Origin: a virus | Taxonomy: Duplodnaviria; Caudoviricetes | Reading direction: 5' to 3' (one strand) | Virus record (IMG/VR): IMGVR_UViG_3300042518_000658 | Location: 1 to 60,339 of that record | DNA: 60,339 nucleotides | Shown: one piece after another, positions 25,930-35,218 of the stretch | Position numbering within the stretch: the stretch's first letter is position 1 | Layout: every line of letters begins with the position of its first letter | Made by a program: the position numbers and the translations under genes | Notes under the pieces: generated by a model | The model's input: only the letters and a program-made list of their open reading frames with translations | Told to the model about the DNA's origin: nothing | Databases searched by the model: none

Positions 25930-26273
25930 CAGCAATCACCTCCCATCTGCCGAAGGGTTCTGCTGAATGATTCACCCAATTCCTCGGGCCTCGATAGGTA
26001 GCGGCCCACCCACCTCTTGGCTGCCTGCTCCTCCGTCCACGTTTCCCTGATCGCGTCCCTTCTTCGGGCGACCTCGGCCTCGTCTAGGTCTGGTTCCTTG
26101 GGGCACCCCTTCGCTCGGATCACTCCCTCCAGACACTGCCTCAGGTCGGACCTGCTGATCTGGCCGAAGTACCGATTCCCCAGCGACCAGAGGGACTCCC
26201 CCGCTATGTATTCCTTGCGAATCTGCTCCACCAATTCCCTGCGTGGACGCTGCATAGTGCTGTTGGCTATCAC
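25929..26273 (-). CDS. Hypothetical protein (possible HTH)
   Basis: EQIRKEYIAGESLWSLG and EVARRRDAIRETWTEE motifs; TGATG coupling to csrA. Confidence 0.6.
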   Translation of the reverse strand: MIANSTMQRPRRELVEQIRKEYIAGESLWSLGNRYFGQISRSDLRQCLEGVIRAKGCPKEPDLDEAEVARRRDAIRETWTEEQAAKRWVGRYLSRPEELGESFSRTLRQMGGDC

Positions 26274-26442
26274 TTCCGATGTCTCCTAAGAACGAGTTGA
26301 CCTTGGAATCGAGGGTCGCCTTGACCAATCGAAGTTCCGCGAACAGCACGGGGATCGCTCTCGACAGGATCAACGGGAGTTGGTCCATCGTGGAGAACAC
26401 GATCAGCCTTTCGAGGGATTCAATTTGCTCGTCGCTTAACAC
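25972..26442 (-). CDS. Hypothetical protein whose disordered tail overlaps the next gene
   Basis: AAGGAG RBS; helical N-terminal 55 aa; the Gly/Pro-rich tail lies over 25929-26273 in another frame. Confidence 0.5.
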   Translation of the reverse strand: MLSDEQIESLERLIVFSTMDQLPLILSRAIPVLFAELRLVKATLDSKVNSFLGDIGSDSQQHYAASTQGIGGADSQGIHSGGVPLVAGESVLRPDQQVRPEAVSGGSDPSEGVPQGTRPRRGRGRPKKGRDQGNVDGGAGSQEVGGPLPIEARGIG

Positions 26443-26585
26443 AAAACTTCTCCTTTGCTGTTGAGGATTCGGATCGACTCACTGTCTTCGCGGGCCATGT
26501 AATCCACGGCAGCCCGAAGCAACTCGACGCTATCACCGAACTTCCCGATACCTGCGTTGGCATACGGCATCGGCAACAAGTCTTT
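26436..26585 (-). pseudogene. Recombination endonuclease VII C-terminal remnant (or 44-aa peptide)
   Basis: In frame after the ERF stop: KDLLPMPYANAGIGKFGDSVELLRAAVDYM, resembling EndoVII RGLLCxxCNxGLGxFxDxxxLLxxAxxYL without the cysteines. Confidence 0.55.
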
Positions 26586-27248
26586 TCATCGAGCATTCGC
26601 CTTCTCCTTCTTGGGCTCAGGAATGGGGTACGCACCCTTCAGCCACTCGGCATCGGGCTTCCGCAACTCGCCCTTCTCGACAAGGGAGTCCATCTTTTGA
26701 TGGGCTTCCTGCATCTTGGCGGGGTTGTTGGTCACCAACTTCAGATAGCCCTCGACCTTTGCCTTGATCGCCTCATAGGCAACGATCTCTTGGTCGATCT
26801 GCTCCTCGACCTTCGCGTCCTCGGCTACGTCCTGATCCTCTGCCTCGTCCCCCTCGGCCCAGCCACCGGCCAGACACAGCAAGAGATTTTTTTTGGCGTA
26901 GGTGCAGGCGATCTCCCACTGCCGTGGATCAACGGAGCCGTTGTCTCGGATCGGGCAGGTGCTGCTGATCCACTCTCCGCTGTCGCCGTGGGCCAAGGTG
27001 CCGACCATCTGCCAGCCGCTTGCGGTCACAGTGGTCCTAGGAATAAAGACCAATCCGTTGGCAAGCAGGCTCGGGAGAAGGGCATCACAGATGTCCTTCC
27101 ACGTTGAGTACCTGTAGGTATCCCTTCCCTCAAATGAGGCCGACTTGGCAACGGGCTTGTATGCGGCCTGTGCCTGAGCCAATGCCTTCACCAACTTGCC
27201 CACCTCAGGGCTGCTACTGCACCCTGCATAGTGCTGATCGAGAACCAT
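26586..27248 (-). CDS. ERF-family ssDNA annealing protein
   Basis: LVKALAQAQ..K...YRYS...L...GL...LAHGDSGEWI...TYAKK..L; adjacent to the exonuclease. Confidence 0.85.
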   Translation of the reverse strand: MVLDQHYAGCSSSPEVGKLVKALAQAQAAYKPVAKSASFEGRDTYRYSTWKDICDALLPSLLANGLVFIPRTTVTASGWQMVGTLAHGDSGEWISSTCPIRDNGSVDPRQWEIACTYAKKNLLLCLAGGWAEGDEAEDQDVAEDAKVEEQIDQEIVAYEAIKAKVEGYLKLVTNNPAKMQEAHQKMDSLVEKGELRKPDAEWLKGAYPIPEPKKEKANAR

Positions 27249-28212
27249 TTCGTTCCTCCATGTAACGCTCGGGGACGTACAACTCAGTCACCTGCCCCGA
27301 GTCCGCAGGCAACCAGTGATCCATTTCCAATCGGGCCTGTAGTTCCGCGATGGTTGTGCGGACTTGGCCCTTGGCTTTGGCGATGAGCCGTGCCGGAAGA
27401 GTCACGGCATGGCAGGCGTAGGGCGGCACAGTGCTAGTCACAAGGAAAACGAATTCCTTGATGTCTATGCCTGCCGCCTCAAGGCCCATCAGGTAGAGGA
27501 CTTGCTGGAACCCGTAGCCAAAATCGACTACCGATTTCCAGAACGTCTCTGAGGGCTTGGCTTCGCGTGTGGTCTTGAGGTCCCAGATGCAGGATTCAGT
27601 TACTGCATCGGGCCTGCACTTGAGTTGGAGACCGGAAGTGTCCACCCATCGGACACTGAACTCACGGGCTATGGTCTGCTCGGTGAGTTGACAAAAGGCG
27701 TCGTTGGCAAGGATCGCAGCAAACTGTGCCTTGTAGGCTGCCAGTTCGTCTGCCTTAAGGACGATGGCGTCTGGCCTGTTGGCCAAGACCTCGGCCTCAA
27801 ACTGATCGGTGGCCTTAGTCCTTCTGCCACCAGCCCCCAGTGCGTCTTCGGGTATCTCGACTACCCGCTCAAGCCAAGCATCGTTTCCCTGCTCGGCCCA
27901 TTCGTGGACATGCGTTCCCTTTCTCAGGGCATCGCTGTCGCCATATGTTTGGGGGGTGCCGAAGTAGCGGGCATGGAACGCCGCTGGCCCCTGACTGTGG
28001 AGCGTCCACAGTTGGGACTTCGACCACCACTCCCGGTCGGAGTGGTAGGACTGGATCAATTCGTTGTGGAGGAGAGTAGCGGCGGCCGGACTTGAACCGG
28101 CGACACCCGGCTTATGAAGCCGGGCATCCCTCGCAAGTGGCCCCTCGGTTGTGGAATTGAGGGGGCTTGCTGGCGAACTACTCTCCCCTGCGGCAGCAGG
28201 AGAGACATCCAT
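27214..28212 (-). CDS. RecE/exonuclease VIII-like PD-(D/E)XK exonuclease (DUF3799-like); start uncertain
   Basis: YH...SKSQL, ALRKGTHVH, KCRPD, WDLKTT, YGFQQVLY. The first ~50 codons are low-complexity and span attP; an alternative TTG start lies at 28059. Confidence 0.85.
   Translation of the reverse strand: MDVSPAAAGESSSPASPLNSTTEGPLARDARLHKPGVAGSSPAAATLLHNELIQSYHSDREWWSKSQLWTLHSQGPAAFHARYFGTPQTYGDSDALRKGTHVHEWAEQGNDAWLERVVEIPEDALGAGGRRTKATDQFEAEVLANRPDAIVLKADELAAYKAQFAAILANDAFCQLTEQTIAREFSVRWVDTSGLQLKCRPDAVTESCIWDLKTTREAKPSETFWKSVVDFGYGFQQVLYLMGLEAAGIDIKEFVFLVTSTVPPYACHAVTLPARLIAKAKGQVRTTIAELQARLEMDHWLPADSGQVTELYVPERYMEERNGSRSALCRVQ
28077..28123 (-). mobile_element. attP core: 3' half of a tRNA with CAT anticodon (probably elongator Met)
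   Basis: Minus strand reads CCGGC-TTCATAA-GCCGG (anticodon arm), GTGTC, GCCGG-TTCAAGT-CCGGC (T arm), CGCCGCT-A (acceptor). No D arm or 5' acceptor strand upstream; 87 nt from the integrase start. Confidence 0.85.
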
Positions 28213-29029
28213 GGACGATTTAGCCTCGCAGTATTGCAGTGAGCGGGAGGTGACGCCCGACTACCGACAGGCCCTGCACAGGGTGGCCCGTTCGATGGCG
28301 GCGGCAGGCATCACTCCTTCGATGCTGACAGACTCCTTAGTGAACCGCTGGCTGGCTGGACTCAAGCAGTCCGCGACAACCCGCAGCAACTATCGGCGGA
28401 TGGCTTGCACATTGCTTCGATTCGCAGCCGACCGGCAGTTGGTTGGTGGACAGTTTAGCGGTCGAGTGATAAAGGTCAAGCAAAAACTTTCGCCGCCGAT
28501 TGCATGGTCGATGGCCGAACTATCGACGCTGATCGCTGCTTCAAAAAAGTTGGATTACGATCTGCGGAAGGGCTGTCCTGCCGCTTTGTTTTTCGAGGGC
28601 TGGGTTCGAGCAGGCTTCGAGACCGGGCTGCGGTTCAGTGACCTGCTGGAACTGAAGGTGTCGTGCCTGCGTGGGGACCGTCTGTATGTCGTGGCCAACA
28701 AGACGGGCGTGCCGATTCCAAAGAACCTGTCGGCCCGCTGCGTGGAGAATCTCACGGAACTAAGTGTCCGAGGAGACGGGGTGACATTCTTCCGCTGGGC
28801 TCTGGCTGAACGGTGGCTCAGAATCCACTTCGCCCGACTGTGCCGGAGTGCCGGTCTGTCTGGAACCCCGAAGTGGCTGCGTCGGTCTGGGGCCACACAC
28901 TGCGAGGCCAGAAGCCCGGGGTCTGCCAAGCGGTTTCTGGGTCACCTGTCTGACGGTTTAGCCCTAAAGCATTATGTGGACCAGACCCTGCTGCCCGATC
29001 AGTGCCCAGCCCCGCCGCCGATCCCCTAG
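28211..29029 (+). CDS. int: Tyrosine recombinase/integrase
   Basis: TRSNYRR, TGLRFSDLL (R), NKTG (K), KWLRRSGAT (HxxR variant), LGH and KHY (Y); the only standalone plus-strand gene recognised in the right half; adjacent to attP. Confidence 0.92.
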   Translation: MDDLASQYCSEREVTPDYRQALHRVARSMAAAGITPSMLTDSLVNRWLAGLKQSATTRSNYRRMACTLLRFAADRQLVGGQFSGRVIKVKQKLSPPIAWSMAELSTLIAASKKLDYDLRKGCPAALFFEGWVRAGFETGLRFSDLLELKVSCLRGDRLYVVANKTGVPIPKNLSARCVENLTELSVRGDGVTFFRWALAERWLRIHFARLCRSAGLSGTPKWLRRSGATHCEARSPGSAKRFLGHLSDGLALKHYVDQTLLPDQCPAPPPIP

Positions 29030-32000
29030 TAGAACAGCGGGTTGCTCATGTCCACGCCCTTGGGTGGCTTGCGTTCCTGCCGCTGCTCCCGGTTGAGTTG
29101 CCGCTGGAGGGCATACAGCCGGACAACCTCTGGGTCAGTCAGAGGCAGGGCCTCCTCGGGGATGTAGGCCTGCTCAAACCTACGGACATTGGGGTGATCC
29201 CCGATTATGTCTTGAATCTTCTGGAGTGCGTCATACCTACGAACATCGTCTGAGATGTTCTGTATCTTTACGCCAGTAAAGGCATTGAACACGTTCTGTG
29301 CGGCACGGGCAGAATCCACCGGCACCCGCTCGGAGTCAGATGCCCGCCGTGCCAACTGGAGAACACGCGGCACAAAGGGCACCAACTGGGCCAGCGGGTC
29401 CAACGAGCCCAGCAAATTGTCGGCGGCAGAGTACCGGGCCACAACTCCCGTCCGTCTGCCCAGTGCCTGTAGGGTGGCTTCGCTTGTTGCCTTAGGCCTC
29501 TGGGTATAGAGGTCCTGCCCGGTCATGGCCTCGATGCCTGACTTCATCAGGGGGTGGAGGAGCCCGCCCGACAGGCTCTGGAACGTCTTCCAAGCACTCT
29601 GCCCGGGTGCCACGCGGCCATCCATGTCGGTGGCTAGTTTGATCTGGTTCAACTGGTCGATGCCCGGGAAGTCCACATCAGAGAGCCACGCAGACACGCC
29701 TTCTGTGGCCGGGGAGATGGCGTTGACCGCCGCCCCCAGCACGGGAAGGTTCCGCATGGGCTCCAGACTCAGGCCGTACTTTTGCCGGATGGAGGCAGGG
29801 ACGTACCCGTCTTGGTCATTGGTCTGGGCCAGCCGCTCAGGCAGACGCATCCCGAGTTGGAAGAACCGGCCACCCGGGTCGTTATAGAGTTGATCCGCAG
29901 CGTACTTGGATATGCGGGAGGTATAGGCCCAGAACGGAACGACGCGCCTGAACCATTCCCTTTCGACTCTGGTAAGGGACCCATAGTCCACTTGACTAGC
30001 CTTGATCCTAGCGGCGGCAGCCTTGGGGTTGAGGCCTTGGCCAAGCATTGCCATGTAGCCAGAGATGCGGTTGATGTTGTCTGTGGTGTCGCCCAGTTTG
30101 GAGGACCACCGCAGGATCGGGTTGGTCAACTCCGGGTCGCCCACCTTCCCGATGTTCATCGGGTTGAGCGTTTCTAGTGCCTTGCCCGGCTGCATGGCCC
30201 AGTTGTTGAGGTTCCCGAGTTCCGAGTAAGCCGTGTTCTTTACTGACACGGGAGCCCGGCCAGATATAAGGTCTCCAATCTGGTAGCCCAGTGTGGTCTG
30301 CGGTGCGGAGCCGGGGACCATCTCGCCCATGATCCCCCGACCGGAAGCCCTCGATGCTGCCTCGCCACCAAGGTCTGTGATCCTGCGGCCCCGAAGCAGC
30401 CCGCTGGCGGCAAGGTCACCCAAGAAGGCCCGCCGCCTTTGGTCCGGTGCCATGTTGGCGTAGCGGGGCATCAGCGACACGACTTTGTCTGCTCGGTCCC
30501 ACTGCCCCTGCAAGACGTACTTGGCACCCGCATAGCCACGCATCAGGTCTGAAGGGCTGCCAACTTCCAGCAGGTTAGAGAACATACCTGAGTACCAGTC
30601 CCTAGTGAACCGGGCAGGCCACGCAAGTATGCTTCCTTTCCATAACTTGGTGATGTTGTCTATGGCTTGCAGGAACTTGTTATGGACTTCGGGCTGATGA
30701 TAGAAGTCCGCGATCCTGTTCAGCCTCTCCATGAGCCGCTTGTCTATGGAGATGTCCTTGAGTTCGTTGAGTGCCACGCCGGAGAACCCGCCCCGCTGCT
30801 GAAGACGCTGCAACAGATTGGCAGCCGCACCCTCGACCTTCCGGCTGACGCCCGGAAGCATGGGGCCAATCTCCGTGTAGGTCTTGAGTTTCAGGTTCTG
30901 CATGGCCTGCTTGATCGGCATCTGGCCAGAGGCGTCTAGGTAGTTGTTCCGCTTGGCACGGCTTGCAAGAACGTCATAGAGGACATCCGCACGCTTGAAG
31001 GCACGCTCTCGGCCCGTCATGTAGCGGGCGGCATCCTCGGCAACGTGCGCCCCGAACAGCGGGTACTTCTTCTCTATTGCTTTAGGGTCAATCTGGTTGA
31101 GCAGGCGGGCCAGTTTCTGGGCGTGACGCAGGTTGTATCTGGCTGGCTTGCCGTTGGGCAGCCGTCCGCTCGGGAACATCTGGGCAGCCTTGGCGTCCAA
31201 CTTTCGCTTGATGTACTTGGCAGCCTCGGCATCGGTGGCAATCGACCGACCCGGCCCCGCGACATTGGGGTCAAGGCTCAGTTCGTTGATCGTGTCCGAC
31301 CCGCCCGGAACGTGATAGGCCTTGTCTCTGGCCAACTGGTCTCCGGTCGTGACCGAGTAGTTCTTGCCGCCTGACACCTGCCCGCGAACCCGCTGCTCGA
31401 AACTCAGGTTGTCTATGCTGCGGGGGAAATACTGAGTTCCCCACTTGTCCATGAGTTCAGCCGACCCGATCCCCGCCTTGCGGCTTTTGGTGATGTAGTC
31501 CCGGGCTTCACTGGCCCAGTTGTCCACAAACTTCTGAAGGGCAGGGACGCTTTGGATGAACTGCCGCTCTGCCGGGGTGGCTACATTCTCGATCACTTTT
31601 CGCAGGGTCTGGCTGGTGTTGGCATTCAGATGCTGCTCTGGGTAGTCCAGCATCATGTTGGCTACTTTGTCAGCGGCCACCGCCTCACCGGCTGCATCTG
31701 CCCTTGACAACTGCTTGGCCAGAATCTGGTCGCCCTCGTCAACAGTTCCTCGAACGCTGTTGTCGAACGTGGAAACAAGGTGTCTGCCCGGCCCGCTCCA
31801 CCGCATGGCCTGCCCCACACGGTCCAACTGTTTGCCGATCACCTCACCGCCCGGCAGGTTGAACACGGTAGAGGTGTCGGACAGGGGAAGCCTGAACCCG
31901 ATGTCTCCACCCAGCGTCTGGTTGGCAACGTCGGAGTAGGTGCCGCCAGACCTATAGAGGTAGTCGTTGATGTCCTTGATAGCCGCAGCCTGATCCGCAG

Positions 32001-32664
32001 CCGGACGGGCCTTAACCAGATCGTCCAGTGTGGTGGTCCGGGCCGCCTGCCGAGGGCCGACAAGGGGCCGGGCGGCAAGGTCGCCATCGGTCAGATCGTT
32101 CAGGCCGATGCCGTCAAAGTTCCTCTTGAATGCGTCTAGGGCGTTCTCTCCGAACTTCCCAAGATCACCGCCGGTATTGATCAGGCGACGAGACGCAACC
32201 CTCTGGACATCGTCAAATATGTTGGCGGCCTTGGCTGCACGGGCTGCCTTATTAACTGCACCGGCTCCGAACGTGATGAGGTTGAGTGGGTCAATCGCCA
32301 TCTCCAAGCCAGCCCCAAGGAGCGGCCTGCCCCATCCGCCTAGTGCCTGCTTGCTGGGAAGGAGCCCCATGCCCTCAAGGGCCTGTTCTCCGGTGGTCTT
32401 AGAACCGAGCGGCTTCCCGGTCAGGATGTCCAATGCCCAAGAGGTAGGGGCATTTATGGCATTGAACAGCGTGCTGCTGAACTGCGGGGCTTTCTCGTCC
32501 AGTTGGGACAGGAGTTCGTCCCGTTCCTCTAGGGGTATGCCCGTGGCAGAGACCTGCTCGTCTAGCCCGGAGTAGAGGCCGGGCAGTACCCCAGTGCCAA
32601 TGGGGGACCGCCTAGCCTGACGGGCTGACTGAACCGGAGTGTAGCCGCCCAGTTCTTCAAACAT
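29026..32664 (-). CDS. Large internal virion/ejection protein
   Basis: 1212 aa, helical; VDYGSLTRVEREWFRRVVPFWAY motif typical of podophage large internal proteins; last gene of the late arm. Confidence 0.65.
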   Translation of the reverse strand: MFEELGGYTPVQSARQARRSPIGTGVLPGLYSGLDEQVSATGIPLEERDELLSQLDEKAPQFSSTLFNAINAPTSWALDILTGKPLGSKTTGEQALEGMGLLPSKQALGGWGRPLLGAGLEMAIDPLNLITFGAGAVNKAARAAKAANIFDDVQRVASRRLINTGGDLGKFGENALDAFKRNFDGIGLNDLTDGDLAARPLVGPRQAARTTTLDDLVKARPAADQAAAIKDINDYLYRSGGTYSDVANQTLGGDIGFRLPLSDTSTVFNLPGGEVIGKQLDRVGQAMRWSGPGRHLVSTFDNSVRGTVDEGDQILAKQLSRADAAGEAVAADKVANMMLDYPEQHLNANTSQTLRKVIENVATPAERQFIQSVPALQKFVDNWASEARDYITKSRKAGIGSAELMDKWGTQYFPRSIDNLSFEQRVRGQVSGGKNYSVTTGDQLARDKAYHVPGGSDTINELSLDPNVAGPGRSIATDAEAAKYIKRKLDAKAAQMFPSGRLPNGKPARYNLRHAQKLARLLNQIDPKAIEKKYPLFGAHVAEDAARYMTGRERAFKRADVLYDVLASRAKRNNYLDASGQMPIKQAMQNLKLKTYTEIGPMLPGVSRKVEGAAANLLQRLQQRGGFSGVALNELKDISIDKRLMERLNRIADFYHQPEVHNKFLQAIDNITKLWKGSILAWPARFTRDWYSGMFSNLLEVGSPSDLMRGYAGAKYVLQGQWDRADKVVSLMPRYANMAPDQRRRAFLGDLAASGLLRGRRITDLGGEAASRASGRGIMGEMVPGSAPQTTLGYQIGDLISGRAPVSVKNTAYSELGNLNNWAMQPGKALETLNPMNIGKVGDPELTNPILRWSSKLGDTTDNINRISGYMAMLGQGLNPKAAAARIKASQVDYGSLTRVEREWFRRVVPFWAYTSRISKYAADQLYNDPGGRFFQLGMRLPERLAQTNDQDGYVPASIRQKYGLSLEPMRNLPVLGAAVNAISPATEGVSAWLSDVDFPGIDQLNQIKLATDMDGRVAPGQSAWKTFQSLSGGLLHPLMKSGIEAMTGQDLYTQRPKATSEATLQALGRRTGVVARYSAADNLLGSLDPLAQLVPFVPRVLQLARRASDSERVPVDSARAAQNVFNAFTGVKIQNISDDVRRYDALQKIQDIIGDHPNVRRFEQAYIPEEALPLTDPEVVRLYALQRQLNREQRQERKPPKGVDMSNPLFY

Positions 32665-32666
32665 GG

Positions 32667-35216
32667 CTACTTAGCGGGATTGGGAGAAGCCTGTGCTGTG
32701 TTGCCAGCCCCGCCGCTAAAAAAGCCAACGACATCGCTAAAGGTGGGCAACTGAATCCCCGGCGGCTTGCCGGTGATGTTGGTGTACTTGGCCCGGCTGG
32801 CCGGGTCCTTGGCGTTAATGCCCGTGTAGTGGCAGAACGTGGTGTAGTCCATGTCGCTCGTACACTGGCGAACGTAGTTGATTTCTTCTGGCGTGGGCTG
32901 GCCGTTCCTCTGGACAATCTCTGCGGCCTGAGGCTGGGCAATCTGGACATGCAACGCCCGCACATGCTCGGGCTTTGCTCCGGGGCCGAGTTGCTGTTGG
33001 GCAAGCGTGCCCCACTCTGCAAACGTCGTGTCGCCTACCGGCTTGGACGAAACGGAATTGATGTTCTCCCGGTGCTTCTTGCCCGGGTCTTTGGCCTGTC
33101 CAACGGTGCCAGCAATCCACCTATCCAAAGCGGCTGCGTCCATGTCCCCACGAACAAGCATGGCTGCCATCTTGTCCCAGCCCATCATCGGCTGCTGGGC
33201 GTGCATCACCATAAAGGCGTTGGCTTTGTCTTGGGCCGTGGTTGCACTACTGACCCCGTCCAGCCCGGTCACAATAGCCTTGGGGATGCCGAACCGAACC
33301 GAGCGGTTGTACTGGTCTCGATCCTGCTGGACAGCAAGGGCGACGTTCTGCTCTTTGCGGAGCCGGAAGCCATTGAGTTGTTCGCTGTTCAGTTCCTGCA
33401 TGGCAGCAGCGTGCGGGTTCTGGTGACCGGCCTGAGCCGCCCGCTGGTAGGCAGACATATACAGGTTCTCAAGGTCCTTTCCAGAGACCCCAGAGTCCTT
33501 CATCTCCTTGGCCCAGCGTTTGGTCAGGGTCCGAATGGACTGATCCCGGTTCCGCATATCTTCCTTGTAGCGGAGTTCTGCACCGGGCTTGTAGCGTGTG
33601 CCACCGCCAGCAACGTCAGACGCTTCGTACCCGGAAGAAGCCATGCGTTCGTGACGCTTCCGCTCACGGGCAACATCAGCCTTCAGCATGGCGTCGTTGT
33701 CGCCATAGGCATGAATGTCTATCCCGTAGAGCATGGCTTCCTTGCGGTAGTTGCCCTCTGCCTGTGCCTTGCGGGCAGCCGCCATGTTGTCTTGGGTCAT
33801 CCCCCTCGGGACATAGGCACCGTTCTCGCCAGCGGTCTGATCCCAGACGTAATAGCCGCCGCGTGCGGTGCGGGGAGTTCCGTCAACGTCGTAGGCAATC
33901 TTGGCCTTCTGCTCGGGGGTCATCAGGTCCAGCGGGATTCCGTCCGGCACGCCCTTTCGACCGGCAAGGATGGAGTCATCGTCTTCGTTGACTCGGTTGT
34001 CCTTCCAGCCACGGCCCAGCGGATCGCCGTCCGGGTGGTTGATTAGGCTCTCTGCCACGATCTCGTCCATCTTGGCACCGGCCTCTTCAGGCCTCATGTT
34101 TGGCTTCAGCCCTTTGTGCTGGAGCCATTCACCAAAGTGCATATCGCCAATGAGACCGGCATCGCTTTCGATCTGGTAGGCCCGCTCAAGTTTGGCCGTG
34201 CTGCCGCCGTTCTGCTGGCTCCACTCGGCCACAGTCGGGGGCAGGGTCTCTTCGCCCGGAAGCGGCTTGGTGCCAGCCGGGTCGGCCCATCCACCGCCGG
34301 GGCCTTTACGCCCTGCCTGCCGTTCACGCTGGGCAGTTGCAGCGGCACGCCTTCCACCGGACGCATTGCTGGCATTGGGGATTTCCGGCGGCAGTTCCAT
34401 CCGTGGGGCGACCGGATTGGGTGCAGTGCCAACAGGAAACGAGTTGCCCTGTGCCTGCCGCTGGTCTTGAACAACGGCATCTCCGGCGGCCTTGTCCTTC
34501 GACCGTCGTGCATCCCCTACGTCAATGCTGGCCCCCATCGGGAGTTCGGGCTCCTGAGGAAGCATCGAGGTCGGGTCCAGTTCGGTCTGTCTAGCCAACT
34601 GGGAAGCAAACTGATCTTGGGTAAGGGCACCCGGAGAACGCCAAGGCTCAAACTCTGGGTTCAGCGGCTCTTGCTGCGACTGCCTGTTCATGGCCAGCGG
34701 ATTGAAGTTGGCCCGGCCATCGCCCTGCACGTTGTCGAACCGCCCGGCCTGCAAATTACGGTAGCCCCTGACGCCAGCCCGTGTGTCCTTCTGGGCTTTG
34801 GTCAGTGCCCCGGGTGCCCGCCATGCCTCGAAGTGTTCGGGGGGCAGGAATGGGTGACCGTTTCCGTGAAACGCACCCATCTCTAAAGGATTCACTGGCG
34901 ACTCGCCCGGCCCGGCAACGCTGTCAAACTGCCCGGCATGGAGCAACCTGTTGCCCTGTGCTGCGGCTGCTGCGTTTGCCTCGGCTTCCCTGTCCGCAGC
35001 GAACTGACCAGTGGCCTCTAAAACCTGATCGGCAAACTGGCCTTGCTGCTGCTGTGCTGCCGCCTGCTGCTCGGCGGCTTGCTGCTGGGCTACACGAATC
35101 CGCTCAATGGACTGCGCAGCGTCAAACACCTCCGGCATGGGCATAGTGGCGGGGCTTGGCCTCCACCGTGACGGGGGCACGGGCGTCGGCTGCGGCCATC
35201 CATAGTTCTGATTCAT
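32667..35216 (-). CDS. Probable internal virion/ejection protein
   Basis: About 849 aa, Q/A/G-rich; lies between two other large late genes. Confidence 0.6.
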   Translation of the reverse strand: MNQNYGWPQPTPVPPSRWRPSPATMPMPEVFDAAQSIERIRVAQQQAAEQQAAAQQQQGQFADQVLEATGQFAADREAEANAAAAAQGNRLLHAGQFDSVAGPGESPVNPLEMGAFHGNGHPFLPPEHFEAWRAPGALTKAQKDTRAGVRGYRNLQAGRFDNVQGDGRANFNPLAMNRQSQQEPLNPEFEPWRSPGALTQDQFASQLARQTELDPTSMLPQEPELPMGASIDVGDARRSKDKAAGDAVVQDQRQAQGNSFPVGTAPNPVAPRMELPPEIPNASNASGGRRAAATAQRERQAGRKGPGGGWADPAGTKPLPGEETLPPTVAEWSQQNGGSTAKLERAYQIESDAGLIGDMHFGEWLQHKGLKPNMRPEEAGAKMDEIVAESLINHPDGDPLGRGWKDNRVNEDDDSILAGRKGVPDGIPLDLMTPEQKAKIAYDVDGTPRTARGGYYVWDQTAGENGAYVPRGMTQDNMAAARKAQAEGNYRKEAMLYGIDIHAYGDNDAMLKADVARERKRHERMASSGYEASDVAGGGTRYKPGAELRYKEDMRNRDQSIRTLTKRWAKEMKDSGVSGKDLENLYMSAYQRAAQAGHQNPHAAAMQELNSEQLNGFRLRKEQNVALAVQQDRDQYNRSVRFGIPKAIVTGLDGVSSATTAQDKANAFMVMHAQQPMMGWDKMAAMLVRGDMDAAALDRWIAGTVGQAKDPGKKHRENINSVSSKPVGDTTFAEWGTLAQQQLGPGAKPEHVRALHVQIAQPQAAEIVQRNGQPTPEEINYVRQCTSDMDYTTFCHYTGINAKDPASRAKYTNITGKPPGIQLPTFSDVVGFFSGGAGNTAQASPNPAK

Positions 35217-35218
35217 CG

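Noticed and set aside
28077-28150. Complete functional tRNA-Met gene
   Set aside because: There is no D arm or 5' acceptor strand and no CCA; only the 3' half is present, next to the integrase, so it is treated as attP.
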